From positions 1 to 64,000 of IMG/VR virus record IMGVR_UViG_3300012685_000001: a stretch of DNA of 64,000 nt; one strand, 5' to 3'. Of the stretch, positions 55,017 to 64,000 are shown piece after piece. A program made the translations under genes and the position numbers. Each line of letters opens with the position of its first letter. Position 1 is the stretch's first letter. A model generated the notes under the pieces. The model had not been told where the DNA came from. It searched no databases and saw only the letters and a list, made by a program, of their open reading frames with translations. The stretch comes from a virus.

Positions 55017-55313
55017 AAGTGGTCCCTCGTGAGTGCCTTACCAAGATAATAGTCTTGACGCACTGCTTTTCAGTATCTTCCCGGCACTTTCCCACACCTT
55101 TACCATGGTTATTACATGTGTTCCAGATTCGTTCTTTTCCCAATTCTGTACGAGCGTTTAACAACTCTACCTGCCAAAAGATAGAGTAAATGGTTGGACG
55201 TAGCTTGGCTTATCCCCAAGTTTCGACCTTGTCTTCATTTGCAACTTATCTAGAAAACGGCAAACTATCATCCGGCTTATCCTTGCTCTTGTGCACTGAG
55301 CTTTGGCGTCCAG

Positions 55314-55384
55314 CTCCCCGACCTAGATTCGAACTAAGTCTAACGGTGTCAGAGACCGTTGTGCTGCCGTTACACCATCGGGGA
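55314..55384 (-). tRNA. tRNA-Gln(CTG)
   Basis: ACGGT-CT-CTG-AC-ACCGT; U1-A72. Confidence 0.9.
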
Positions 55385-55489
55385 ATAAACTAGGTGCGGA
55401 TTATAAATACCTTTATCGCTCCAGAAGAGCAGTTGGTCCCTAGCAACCAAAAATAGTGCCCTGCTATTACTAGCTGTTTATGGGCTAAG

Positions 55490-55562
55490 AGCGGTATGCC
55501 AGATTCGAACTGGCTCTTATAGTTTGGAAGACTATCGTGCTGCCGTTGAACACTAATACCGC
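55490..55562 (-). tRNA. tRNA-Gly(TCC)
   Basis: ATAGT-CT-TCC-AA-ACTAT; U73. Confidence 0.9.
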
Positions 55563-55669
55563 ATTGTATGGATTTTTATTGACCGTGCTTCCCCGCAGGG
55601 GCTAGACTTCCATGTCGTATGACCTACCATACTTCAGACACACTAGGTCGTCAAACTGATCGAATTGGG

Positions 55670-55742
55670 AGCGCAGGTGGGAGTCAAACCCTACTACTTT
55701 CCAGGTTATGAGCCTGGTGAGACATCGTTTCTCTATCCGCGC
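55670..55742 (-). tRNA. tRNA-Met(CAT), atypical, possibly initiator-like
   Basis: CCAGG-CT-CAT-AA-CCTGG; D loop lacks GG and T loop is TTTGACT. Confidence 0.7.
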
Positions 55743-55744
55743 AG

Positions 55745-55816
55745 TGGTTATGAAGGGACTCGAACCCTCGCGTACCGGGATATGAATCCGGCGCTCTGCC
55801 TCTGAGCTACATAACC
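55745..55816 (-). tRNA. tRNA-Met(CAT), elongator-type
   Basis: CCGG(A)-TT-CAT-AT-(C)CCGG. Confidence 0.85.
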
Positions 55817-55870
55817 ATAATCATGGTTTTTTATTGTGTTCCGCTACGGGATAACCATAAACCCGTAAAG

Positions 55871-55941
55871 TGGCCCCCACCGGACTTGAACCGATATTCA
55901 GCGGGCTTCAACCGCTTGTATTTCCTTTATACGAAAGAGCC
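55871..55941 (-). tRNA. tRNA-Phe(GAA)
   Basis: AGCGG-TT-GAA-GC-CCGCT. Confidence 0.87.
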
Positions 55942-56020
55942 ATAATGAGTTATTACCTGGTATTGAACATCATATCTATTATTTATTATGAGGATGTATA
56001 TACGTGCTGATAACTCAAAG

Positions 56021-56092
56021 TCGGATGCCTCAGAGTCGAACTGAGTTTATCTTGGTCCCAAACCAAGCGGATTACCGTCTTCCTCGCACCCG
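56021..56092 (-). tRNA. tRNA-Pro(TGG)
   Basis: CTTGG-TT-TGG-GA-CCAAG; C1-G72, A73. Confidence 0.9.
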
Positions 56093-56158
56093 AGAACTCC
56101 TAAAGATTGGATCCATTAACGAAAGAGATCTCTAGGAGCTTTTTAAGGAGGCTATGCC

Positions 56159-56187
56159 ATTATAACATGTGGTCCAACAGCTCACAA
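56159..56187 (-). promoter_or_regulatory. Promoter at head of the tRNA array
   Basis: TTGTGA-17 nt-TATAAT with extended TG. Confidence 0.7.
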
Positions 56188-56275
56188 GTCCCGAAGCTTG
56201 ATGCCATTCTTGACATGATCTCTGCAAACCTTGATCTCTTTACCGTTATGGTACAAGATTACCGCAACTGGAGTC

Positions 56276-56515
56276 TTATTGCAACGGGTCATCCAACAGC
56301 GGTTCTGTATTCCCGTCATCTGTTTTCTCCACGACTAGTTCTATCACATCATTACTCATTACCGCAACTGTGATATATCCAGGTTCCGATGTTGTATCCA
56401 ACACTAATCTAGTGGGAAGCATATTGTCAAGCAGATCTTGAGAAATTGTCCAGGAGCCCCCGAAGTTATGGACAGCCAGAGCTAAGAACCTAGCAAGGTC
56501 TTGTTCAAGAGTCAA
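56276..56515 (-). CDS. Hypothetical protein
   Basis: Overlap-coupled ORF. Confidence 0.6.
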   Translation of the reverse strand: MTLEQDLARFLALAVHNFGGSWTISQDLLDNMLPTRLVLDTTSEPGYITVAVMSNDVIELVVEKTDDGNTEPLLDDPLQ

Positions 56516-56744
56516 GATGTTCTCTATTCTTCAGATCATTGAGAAGAGAAATCTTTTCATCAGTAATTCTTTTAATAGTATCTTTCAGATAAGTTACTGA
56601 CTCTTCCAGATCAGAAACATATTCTTGAGCACCAGAAGAAGCCAGAGAAACTAGCTTATCCAGTACTCTTCTGTCTTGTTCTGTTTCTGAATCAAGAATC
56701 TCTGTTAGAGAGAAATAAATAGAATCATATAGTTCTTGATTCAT
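56505..56744 (-). CDS. Hypothetical coiled-coil protein
   Basis: AGGAGG RBS. Confidence 0.6.
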   Translation of the reverse strand: MNQELYDSIYFSLTEILDSETEQDRRVLDKLVSLASSGAQEYVSDLEESVTYLKDTIKRITDEKISLLNDLKNREHLDS

Positions 56745-56937
56745 AAGAATCAGCCTCCTCTATTCTTTTTTCCATTTCTCTCTGATTATTAAGATTGTCA
56801 ACCAAAGATTCAAGAACCTTACGAATATAGACTGTAATCCCTAATTCTTGGTAATCAGCTTGTTCCTTCAATATTTCTAATGTTTCCTTCTTTAATCTTA
56901 AGCTTCTGGAAACCATAGCCTTACTATCTTTGGTCAT
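56725..56937 (-). CDS. Ribbon-helix-helix-like DNA-binding protein
   Basis: SRSLRLKKE.LE.LK..A...G.TVYIR..L pattern. Confidence 0.6.
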   Translation of the reverse strand: MTKDSKAMVSRSLRLKKETLEILKEQADYQELGITVYIRKVLESLVDNLNNQREMEKRIEEADSYESRTI

Positions 56938-57425
56938 ATATTCTTCTTCCCTATATTCTTGGTATCTCTTCTTTATAGAGAGTAAGTATACAGGTTGTAG
57001 TACATATGTCAATCTCTGGTTGGATCTTCATATTCAAGCTTGGGAGTGAAACGACCAAGCTATATGGTTGACAACCACTGTTTTTAGAGATAGATATAAA
57101 GACTCTTAAGTACTTAACTGCTTTTCGATCGGTAGTGCTTCGATCATACACTACGGTTCCAAAGAATTCAACCTGTTGTGGTTCATACCTGAAACTGGTA
57201 GAGTATTTCCTATGGGGAAACTGGTGGGGGTACTACTAGTACAGAGGTTTTAATATGAAGTTCAAAGATATGGACATTGGTAAAGAAGGTCCCTGCATGG
57301 TACCTGGCCACAAGAAAAGTCATGTACTGACTCTGGCTTGCTGGTCAGAAATGCGCAGATTCCTTTTCGACCATAGTTTTCAGGATTTTCTGGAAAAAGT
57401 AGAGAACAAGTAGAAAGAGAAAATT

Positions 57426-57833
57426 ATGGGACATGCTGTACAGAGTTCCTACTACTCTAAACCTATAACACGGATTCACGCTGATTTCAACGGTATCTGT
57501 GCTTTGTGCGGTGAGTATGTAGAACTTGAAGACGCGTCCCGTGACCATATTATCCCCCGTTCAGCAGGCGGGGGTAATGGTCCGGACAATATCCAATTGA
57601 CACATAAGCAATGCAACAACCTGAAGGGAGATCAGCTTTATCCATCTGACTGGCAGGAACAACTTAGTCGCAATATTCCTATTCCACGCGACTACCATTG
57701 CCAATATTGTTCCAATCCGATAGTCAAGTGGCATAAGTCACAAGGCTATACAACAAAGATTTTCCACAAGGGAAAGATCATATTCCTCCACACCTGGTGC
57801 AATGAAGGGAGATTGAAGTATGGACGCCTTTGA
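57426..57833 (+). CDS. HNH endonuclease
   Basis: CALC, DHIIPRS.GG.N..DNIQL.H..CN..KG. Confidence 0.9.
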   Translation: MGHAVQSSYYSKPITRIHADFNGICALCGEYVELEDASRDHIIPRSAGGGNGPDNIQLTHKQCNNLKGDQLYPSDWQEQLSRNIPIPRDYHCQYCSNPIVKWHKSQGYTTKIFHKGKIIFLHTWCNEGRLKYGRL

Positions 57834-58017
57834 AGAATTCGACAGGTTCATGTCGGAAGATCCGGAAGACAGACGAATCATGGAGAATCACGGTTTCACC
57901 TATGAAGATGATTTCAGAGATTTAACGCTGCTTTGTAGGAACGGCTGCGGACTGACTTATCTCGAAGTGGTTCAGGACAAGATTGAGAAATGCCGAGGAA
58001 AGGATGACAATGAATAA
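57820..58017 (+). CDS. Hypothetical protein
   Basis: Coupled ORF with GGAG RBS. Confidence 0.55.
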   Translation: MDAFEEFDRFMSEDPEDRRIMENHGFTYEDDFRDLTLLCRNGCGLTYLEVVQDKIEKCRGKDDNE

Positions 58018-58248
58018 ACCAGCAATACTGCTGGACGAAGATGTTCCACAATGGAAAACTGATAGCACTGCATTCCTGATGCAATAAGGAGAGACTGAAG
58101 TATGGAAGACTCTAAAAAAGATAAGGTCCGCAAGGGGGACCATTACTGTTCCCGTTGTGATAAATTTCTTCGTATCTGGCAGACATGCAAGCATAATCCG
58201 ACAATACTGAAAAGAGACCGGATATGGTAATTTCGAAAAGTTGTCACA

Positions 58249-58890
58249 ATGTCTAGGCCTACTATTCTCCTAGACGTTGACGGGCCTCTGAATCCATGGA
58301 GTGCCCGTCATGGGCTTCCAGAGGGGTATACAGAGCATTTGATGCGTCCTAGGGGCTGGGAGACGGGTAAGCCTCTGAAAGTCCGTCTACGGGCTTCTGA
58401 CGGCTTCAAACTTCAGAAGCTGGATTGTGAACTGATATGGGCTACCGCGTGGGAAGAAGAAGCCAATAAATGGATCGGTAAAGAAATAGGTCTTCCGGAA
58501 CTTCCCCATATCGACTGGACAGACAAGAATCACTGGAATATTGAACGACTCCACTGGAAAACAAAGAGAATCGTCCAGTGGATGAACGAGAACAGACCAG
58601 GAATCCCGTTTATCTGGCTCGATGACGAAGTAACAAAGCGAGATCGTCTCTGGATTGCTGATTCTTGCGCAAAAGGAAGCACTATTTTGCTGATTAATCC
58701 AAAAACAGGGCTGGAAGACGAATATTTCGAAAGAATTAAGGCATGGAAGAACTATATGGTTCTAGAAAATCTTAGAAAAACTATAGAAACTATTCCGGAC
58801 GGGCGTAAAGAAGAGATTCGTAAGGATATAAGAACTTTTCACGATAAGCATGGGAGACCTGGCGATGAAGTTAACAGCAAGAACCCCTGA
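58249..58890 (+). CDS. HAD-family phosphatase (Swiss-army-knife RNA-repair-like HAD)
   Basis: LLDVDGPLNP, LIWATAW, K, PFIWLDD motifs. Confidence 0.8.
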   Translation: MSRPTILLDVDGPLNPWSARHGLPEGYTEHLMRPRGWETGKPLKVRLRASDGFKLQKLDCELIWATAWEEEANKWIGKEIGLPELPHIDWTDKNHWNIERLHWKTKRIVQWMNENRPGIPFIWLDDEVTKRDRLWIADSCAKGSTILLINPKTGLEDEYFERIKAWKNYMVLENLRKTIETIPDGRKEEIRKDIRTFHDKHGRPGDEVNSKNP

Positions 58891-59209
58891 ACTGCTGGAA
58901 TATGCGTTCAAACTGTTCAAGATTCCCGCCCAGATCAGAGATCTACCCAAAAATAGTCTCTACAAGGTTCTTTTGGACTATGGAATTCAAGCAGATCCTG
59001 AGGTAATCGACGAATGGAAAGACAGTGCTTGCTAAGCGATTGATCGAAATTCTAAGTAAGTTCCCTGATTACAGGGTCCAGATAGAGACAGAGACACTTA
59101 TTACGGACATTGACAGAGTCGAAGTGGATTGTTTCGACAGAGATGACAGTTTTGTATTTGTTATTGTCCCCGATTTTGAGGCCTGATGAACAGGAACAGG
59201 GAAATAGAG

Positions 59210-59469
59210 TGAATTACGGGGAAGAATACGATCTTACTGTCTATATGGATGGTATAGATGTGAAAGATGTAGCTGCTGCGGCCAGAAGACTCGATGCTAC
59301 ATCTTTCTTCAGAAATCAGATGTCTCATGAAAAGTTCCAGAAGAGTATTCAGAGAACTGATGAAGAACTCTTCGCCGAAAGAGAGAAATTCCGTATTCAG
59401 GAAGAAAAAGAACGTAAAGAACTAGCAGTTCAGAAACTATTGGCAATCAGAGATTCCTGGGGGCAGTAA
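59210..59469 (+). CDS. Hypothetical protein (start uncertain)
   Basis: Distal part of ORF 59110-59469. Confidence 0.5.
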
Positions 59470-59632
59470 GTGGCTAAGCGTGAATGGGAACCAGTAGAAG
59501 AACTTCCGGACGGTAAGTGTATTGCTTACAACAACAGAACAAAGCGCTGGTACCTCTACAACAAGCGAAGCGTACTCATTACATCCAACAGAAAGAAGCA
59601 AGTACTACTGGACTGGAAAGAAGGAGAATAAC

Positions 59633-60196
59633 TTGAACATTTACTACGACTGCGAATTCCTGGAAGACGGAAATACTATCCGGTTAATCAGTATAGGAAT
59701 GATCAGGGAAGACGGTACGAAGTTATACAGAATTGTCGAAGACAACCAGTTGATGGTTGATGTATGGCATCACGACTGGCTGAGAGAAAATGTTGCACCT
59801 TCTCTTCCTGTATCCGCAGAATACGAGATGCACGACCTTGACGGTACGTACAAGCCTCTAGTAGTGTGGGAGACGGCACATCCGGACTACAAATATGTAG
59901 CACCAAGAGAGAAGATCAGAGAAGACATAAAGAGATTTGTACTCGATACACCAGATCCACATCTATGGGCTTACTATTCCGCATACGATCATGTAACTCT
60001 CTGCCAGTTGTTCGGCCGCATGATCGATCTTCCCACAGGCTTTCCCATGTACACCAATGATCTGAAGCAAGAAGTGGTAAGACTGGGTAATCCGCAGCTT
60101 CCCCAGCAGAAATCGGGGGAACACAATGCATTGGAGGACGCTTTGTGGAACAAGGAAGTAATGGAATATCTCCTGAGTTATCAGGACAAGTGGTAG
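59633..60196 (+). CDS. DEDDh 3'-5' exoribonuclease (Rv2179c/RNase AS-like)
   Basis: AAGGAG + TTG start; YYDCEFLEDG.TI.LISIG, WAYY.AYD.V.L.QLFG.M..LP, HNAL.DA.W. Confidence 0.88.
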   Translation: MNIYYDCEFLEDGNTIRLISIGMIREDGTKLYRIVEDNQLMVDVWHHDWLRENVAPSLPVSAEYEMHDLDGTYKPLVVWETAHPDYKYVAPREKIREDIKRFVLDTPDPHLWAYYSAYDHVTLCQLFGRMIDLPTGFPMYTNDLKQEVVRLGNPQLPQQKSGEHNALEDALWNKEVMEYLLSYQDKW

Positions 60197-60822
60197 AGAC
60201 AACAGGAATAAAAATGAAGAATGTAAGACCCATAACCATACCGGACAAGTCAGTGAGAAAATGTCCCAAGTGTACTCTGAGAACTTCTCTTCTACGATGT
60301 CCCACCATTGCCTGCAAAGGCGTACAGACAATAATCGATGATGGTTCCATAGCGAAACGATAAGAGAAAATGTCCAGACCAGCAACAGATCCAAAGAATC
60401 CTGTCTACATATGCAGAAAATGCAAGGCTGAAAGCACCAACCCCAATAGATGTCCCAGACAGGAATGCCCAGGGGAAATGACCAGAGCAGAAGACTACAA
60501 GTAACGGAGGATTACAAGTAATGGGAAAAATGGGGGCAGTAACAGTAGTCTGTACCAACTGTGGATATCAGGCAGCAACTTCAAAACCGAAGAATGCTCT
60601 GAAGGACAAACCCTGTCCGATGTTCCGCTGTAACGGTACGATGAAAGACATGGAACAGTGACCATACAATATGATGACGACAGCCAGGACAAAGCTTCAG
60701 TGTATGTGAACGGCTATGCAATTTCCTACCACTATCCGAACTGGAAAGCTGTGAAGAAGGGAATAGTTCACTTCTATCATAAGAAGAAGGACAAAGTAAT
60801 CAAGTGGGCCGAGGCCAACTAG

Positions 60823-60867
60823 AAAAAAAGGACCCTAATCTCTTCTTTGAGAAAAGGGTCCTTTTTT
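60823..60867. terminator. Bidirectional terminator between convergent units
   Basis: A-run-GGACCCT...AGGGTCC-T-run. Confidence 0.75.
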
Positions 60868-60883
60868 AACACCAAACTTTAAA

Positions 60884-61075
60884 TTACTTCTTGACAATAA
60901 TCACAGGATAAAATTTTGCGCCCTTCTTACGGACACCAGTACTCACATCATGACCAAGTCCTCTCAGTTTCATAAGCATACCGTTGTCCTTCTTACGAAA
61001 AGCCATAATCTCTTTCCATGCATCTTCTTCCCTAATATGACCAGGGCTGTCCAGCCAGGTAATTTCTTCAGTCAT
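60884..61075 (-). CDS. Small basic protein, probably leaderless
   Basis: TTTACT-17 nt-TAGTAT-6 nt-ATG. Confidence 0.65.
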   Translation of the reverse strand: MTEEITWLDSPGHIREEDAWKEIMAFRKKDNGMLMKLRGLGHDVSTGVRKKGAKFYPVIIVKK

Positions 61076-61559
61076 TACTGGATACTAACAGATACCTATT
61101 AAAAAGTAAAGTACTTGATTCAATATAAATAGATACTGTACACAGAAAAGAATGCATATTCATAAATCAAACTAGGGCTGCCCCTTTCCTACACATATGT
61201 CCTTAAAGGTGGGGGTGTCCATATATATAGCCCTGATGTCCCTTGTGTGCTATCCATCCTGTATGTCCGAATTGGCCTTGATGAGCATGATAAGGTGTAT
61301 GTCCTATGCCTCCTGGTATGCCTATTATGCAATAGTTACAGAGAGTTTGTATCATATTAACTGCTATTGTCCTATATCACAATGTGTAATGGCTGATTAC
61401 TCTAAATCAACAGTGAATTGGATACATGTATTCAGGAATTGGGAATATGAATGGATTATGAATAGCCTGGTATAAGAGGGAATTCGATATCAGAGTAGTT
61501 GATATTGTATTGAGGGGCTCTATATGCCTGTGTAAGGGTATAAGAGCCCCTCAGTGTGC

Positions 61560-62033
61560 TTAGACCCCAGTGAGGTAGTCAAAGGCTCTTAGACAGGCAT
61601 ATGGGCTGTCTCTCAGGTAGCCTAAAGCTGTGTTGCACAGTCGGCAGAGCAGTCCTCTTACACACTTGCCACAGGATTGTTTATCAGCACAGCATGAATG
61701 ATCGTGGTCTATGTGCGGTGGGCTGTTCTTAGTGAACGGCTCATTACATATAGGGCATGCATAGTTACATGTATCCAGCATAAGCAGATAGTCATACCAG
61801 GTGAGGTTATACAGTGTGTTTAGTCTATGCGTCTTGGCTATGAATGACTGCTCCCGTTTCTCATTCTTTCCGCGCACCATTTTTGGGGGAGTAATAGGCA
61901 TTGGTATTGGAGTTGTTGATATATCCCGTGTACATCTGTATTCAGCATCCCTCTTTATGACGGTGACAATGCCATTACACGCTAAGCAATAGCCTTGCAT
62001 TGTTTTCTTTGAGTAATTACGTAGTATGTGCAT
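61560..62033 (-). CDS. Recombination endonuclease VII-like protein
   Basis: Y.L...DY, CPIC, HIDHDH.CC....CG.CVRGLLC..CN..LG. Confidence 0.88.
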   Translation of the reverse strand: MHILRNYSKKTMQGYCLACNGIVTVIKRDAEYRCTRDISTTPIPMPITPPKMVRGKNEKREQSFIAKTHRLNTLYNLTWYDYLLMLDTCNYACPICNEPFTKNSPPHIDHDHSCCADKQSCGKCVRGLLCRLCNTALGYLRDSPYACLRAFDYLTGV

Positions 62034-62440
62034 GGAGTTAACCTACCATCTGTCAAGAGCTATGACCAAACCTTTGTAATCTGATCCCCCATCATATGTC
62101 ACTCTCTGTAAAATCGCTCTCTAAGGGCCTGCCAGGAAGAGAGTGGAGTAAGGAGACCATGACTATGATCAAAAGCTGTTAGACGGGCCTCTATGGCTTT
62201 CTCTCTTATACTATCCAGTACTCTTGACATCCTTTGGACTATCTGCTTCCCCAAAATTTCCTTGCGAAATGGATCTTCCCTGGTGAGAGTGATGTGTCCT
62301 GGTGTGTCCATTATGGGTATACGTCTTGGTCTTGATTGGGCAAAGACTTGGTCACGATCATGAGTGTGATGGATGAAAAGGCCTGGTCATGGGGGAGAAT
62401 CCTCCCAACGCACACATGAGACACGACAGAGGAGCACATC

Positions 62441-63763
62441 ATGAGCACTGTCTACATCCTCAGCACGAACGGCATCGAGTCACAGCGCTTCACCTCTAAG
62501 GCGAAGGCGATCACGGAAGCTGAGATGATCAGCAAGGTTGCTGAGGAGCGCAATGTGGGTGATGTCATCACTGTCACTACTCAGAAGACGGGCAAGGTCG
62601 TCTACACCTACACGAATGAGATCGACTTCTCTCTTCCCGCGCCGACCATTGAGATCCAGGGTGAGTACGTGGAAGCGGAAGACGCTCATGGTCACATCGC
62701 GGAGCAGACGGCATGGATGACCCAGGAAGGTGTCTGTGTGGGCCTGTGTGCCGTTGGCACGGGTTGCATGCACTGTGATGAGCAGTACGGAGAGATCGAG
62801 CCTGAGACAGACGCTGAGAGCCTTTCAGAGGTAATCCAGCGCGTTGAGACTGTCTGTGTCATTCAGAACATTCCTGGCACCAATGGGAACATGCACTACC
62901 ACACTCCAGGATGCCGTGACATTCAGCGCGAGATGAAGCGTCATGGACAGCAGAAGGACGATGCCTTCGGGGGAAGGTTCAATTCCATTGCCGATATCCT
63001 CGCGCACGAATACGGGGACGTCTGCAATGACGATGCCTATGACATGGTGTGCGAGGCGAATTCGGAATGGTTCGGTGTTCGTGTCATGCCGTGCCTTTCC
63101 ATTTCTTTCGGTGAATTGAATTCCCGCCCGCTTTCTTTCGTGAATGGCATGTGGGTATTGGGAGACGCTCCTGAGACCCTTGTGGAGGATGACCAGACGT
63201 CCTATGAGGTTCCCTCCCACACCCGCTACCCGCACGGTCGTAAGGGCCCTGAGGACACCACTGCTGAGACTGAGGTGTTCGAGCCTGGCACGCGTGTGAT
63301 CAGCAAGGTCACAGGGGAGCGTGGAACAGTGGTCCAGCCCTACATGACTGGCGTGATCTACGGCATCGGTGAGCGTATGAGTGCCGTCACCCTGGAAATG
63401 GACAATGGCTCTCTCCAGTCGGCATTGATTGGGGATCTGATGCTGAATTTCGCTTGCAAGGGTGAGGACGGAAAGGCCGTTCACATTGCGCCCTGCACAG
63501 AGGCCACAGGTGAGGATGGTGCGTGCTGTGCCCTTGAGGATGACGGAACAGACCTTGACGTCACCATGATCGAGATGGAGTTCCACCTGAGTGTTGAGGT
63601 GGAGACGGGTGTCACTGTGGATCTCGGATGGCACACCTTCGATGTTCCTGCCACCTGGAACGGCGACTTGATCGCTGATCTCTATGGTGCTCGCCACGGT
63701 TCGGGCAATCCCAAGGATGGTTGGTCCTCCATCATCCAAGTCATTGACTTCGCTGCCCTCTAG
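62441..63763 (+). CDS. Acidic multidomain hypothetical protein in GC-richer segment
   Basis: 440-aa ORF with GAGGAG RBS and GC-ending codons; Cys/His clusters and an SH3-like segment (FEPGTRV..TGERGTVV). Confidence 0.8.
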   Translation: MSTVYILSTNGIESQRFTSKAKAITEAEMISKVAEERNVGDVITVTTQKTGKVVYTYTNEIDFSLPAPTIEIQGEYVEAEDAHGHIAEQTAWMTQEGVCVGLCAVGTGCMHCDEQYGEIEPETDAESLSEVIQRVETVCVIQNIPGTNGNMHYHTPGCRDIQREMKRHGQQKDDAFGGRFNSIADILAHEYGDVCNDDAYDMVCEANSEWFGVRVMPCLSISFGELNSRPLSFVNGMWVLGDAPETLVEDDQTSYEVPSHTRYPHGRKGPEDTTAETEVFEPGTRVISKVTGERGTVVQPYMTGVIYGIGERMSAVTLEMDNGSLQSALIGDLMLNFACKGEDGKAVHIAPCTEATGEDGACCALEDDGTDLDVTMIEMEFHLSVEVETGVTVDLGWHTFDVPATWNGDLIADLYGARHGSGNPKDGWSSIIQVIDFAAL

Positions 63764-64000
63764 AAAGCCCTGTAGGGCACCTAGGACGCTCTTACAGACT
63801 CTAGGTGCCTCCCTGGTCCACTCCACCCGAACGATCTCGTTAGAACGCCACTGAGAGGTTTTCTCATGAACATCACAACAGGCGCCCGACTTCATGGCTC
63901 AGTGCGTCACGTCATCGTCAACGCTCAGGTCACTGCCTGTGGGCGTGTGGTCATTGTGGGCATGGGTAAGGGGTTCAGGTTCTGCAAGACATGTGTGCGC

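Noticed and set aside
45712-55393. ORF-track entries overlapping tRNAs (e.g. 45712-45903, 54118-54339, 54373-54573, 54937-55164, and 5' extensions of 46404 and 48777)
   Set aside because: They run through clear tRNA genes and lack RBSs; starts were reassigned where a real gene exists.
44991-56092. HDV-like (theta) ribozymes at tRNA 3' ends
   Set aside because: I could not build the nested double pseudoknot by eye in the trailers I examined; a motif search would be needed to exclude it.
62825-63895. 356-aa minus-strand ORF
   Set aside because: Antisense shadow of the GC-rich 440-aa gene, which has the RBS and coding-like composition.
1-64000. Prophage, integrase or bacterial contractile injection system
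   Set aside because: Capsid, portal and terminase are present with no integrase, repressor or host housekeeping genes in the window, which is consistent with a free lytic phage.

Overview
The window is 64 kb of a large lytic myovirus (contractile-tailed dsDNA phage). An actinobacterial host such as Streptomyces is inferred from leaderless TAnnnT promoters, a tRNA-Leu(UAA), tRNA genes mostly lacking encoded CCA, and Rv2179c-like and HAD RNA-processing genes. Nt 1-56,940 are almost entirely on the minus strand. They hold a truncated polynucleotide kinase and a DnaC-like ATPase (1-4.3 kb), a complete morphogenesis module from baseplate to terminase (4.4-39.5 kb), and nucleotide/RNA enzymes including a T4 Rnl1-type RNA ligase (39.7-44.9 kb). 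An 11-kb RNA island (44,991-56,187) follows. It has 30 tRNA genes covering all 20 amino acids (several structurally atypical) plus one degenerate tRNA, a Ro60/TROVE gene preceded by three tandem Y-RNA-like genes, an 82-nt tmRNA-like RNA with no mRNA domain, an orphan circularly permuted tRNA-like RNA, many unexplained structured spacers, and KOW/SH3 and zinc-finger microproteins. Plus-strand genes follow (HNH, HAD phosphatase, DEDDh exoribonuclease), then an endonuclease VII-like gene and an abruptly GC-richer segment from about 62.4 kb. The best candidate for an undescribed system is this phage-encoded tRNA-mimic / RNA quality-control island together with the dispersed RNA repair enzymes. All calls come from manual reading; no searches or folding programs were run.
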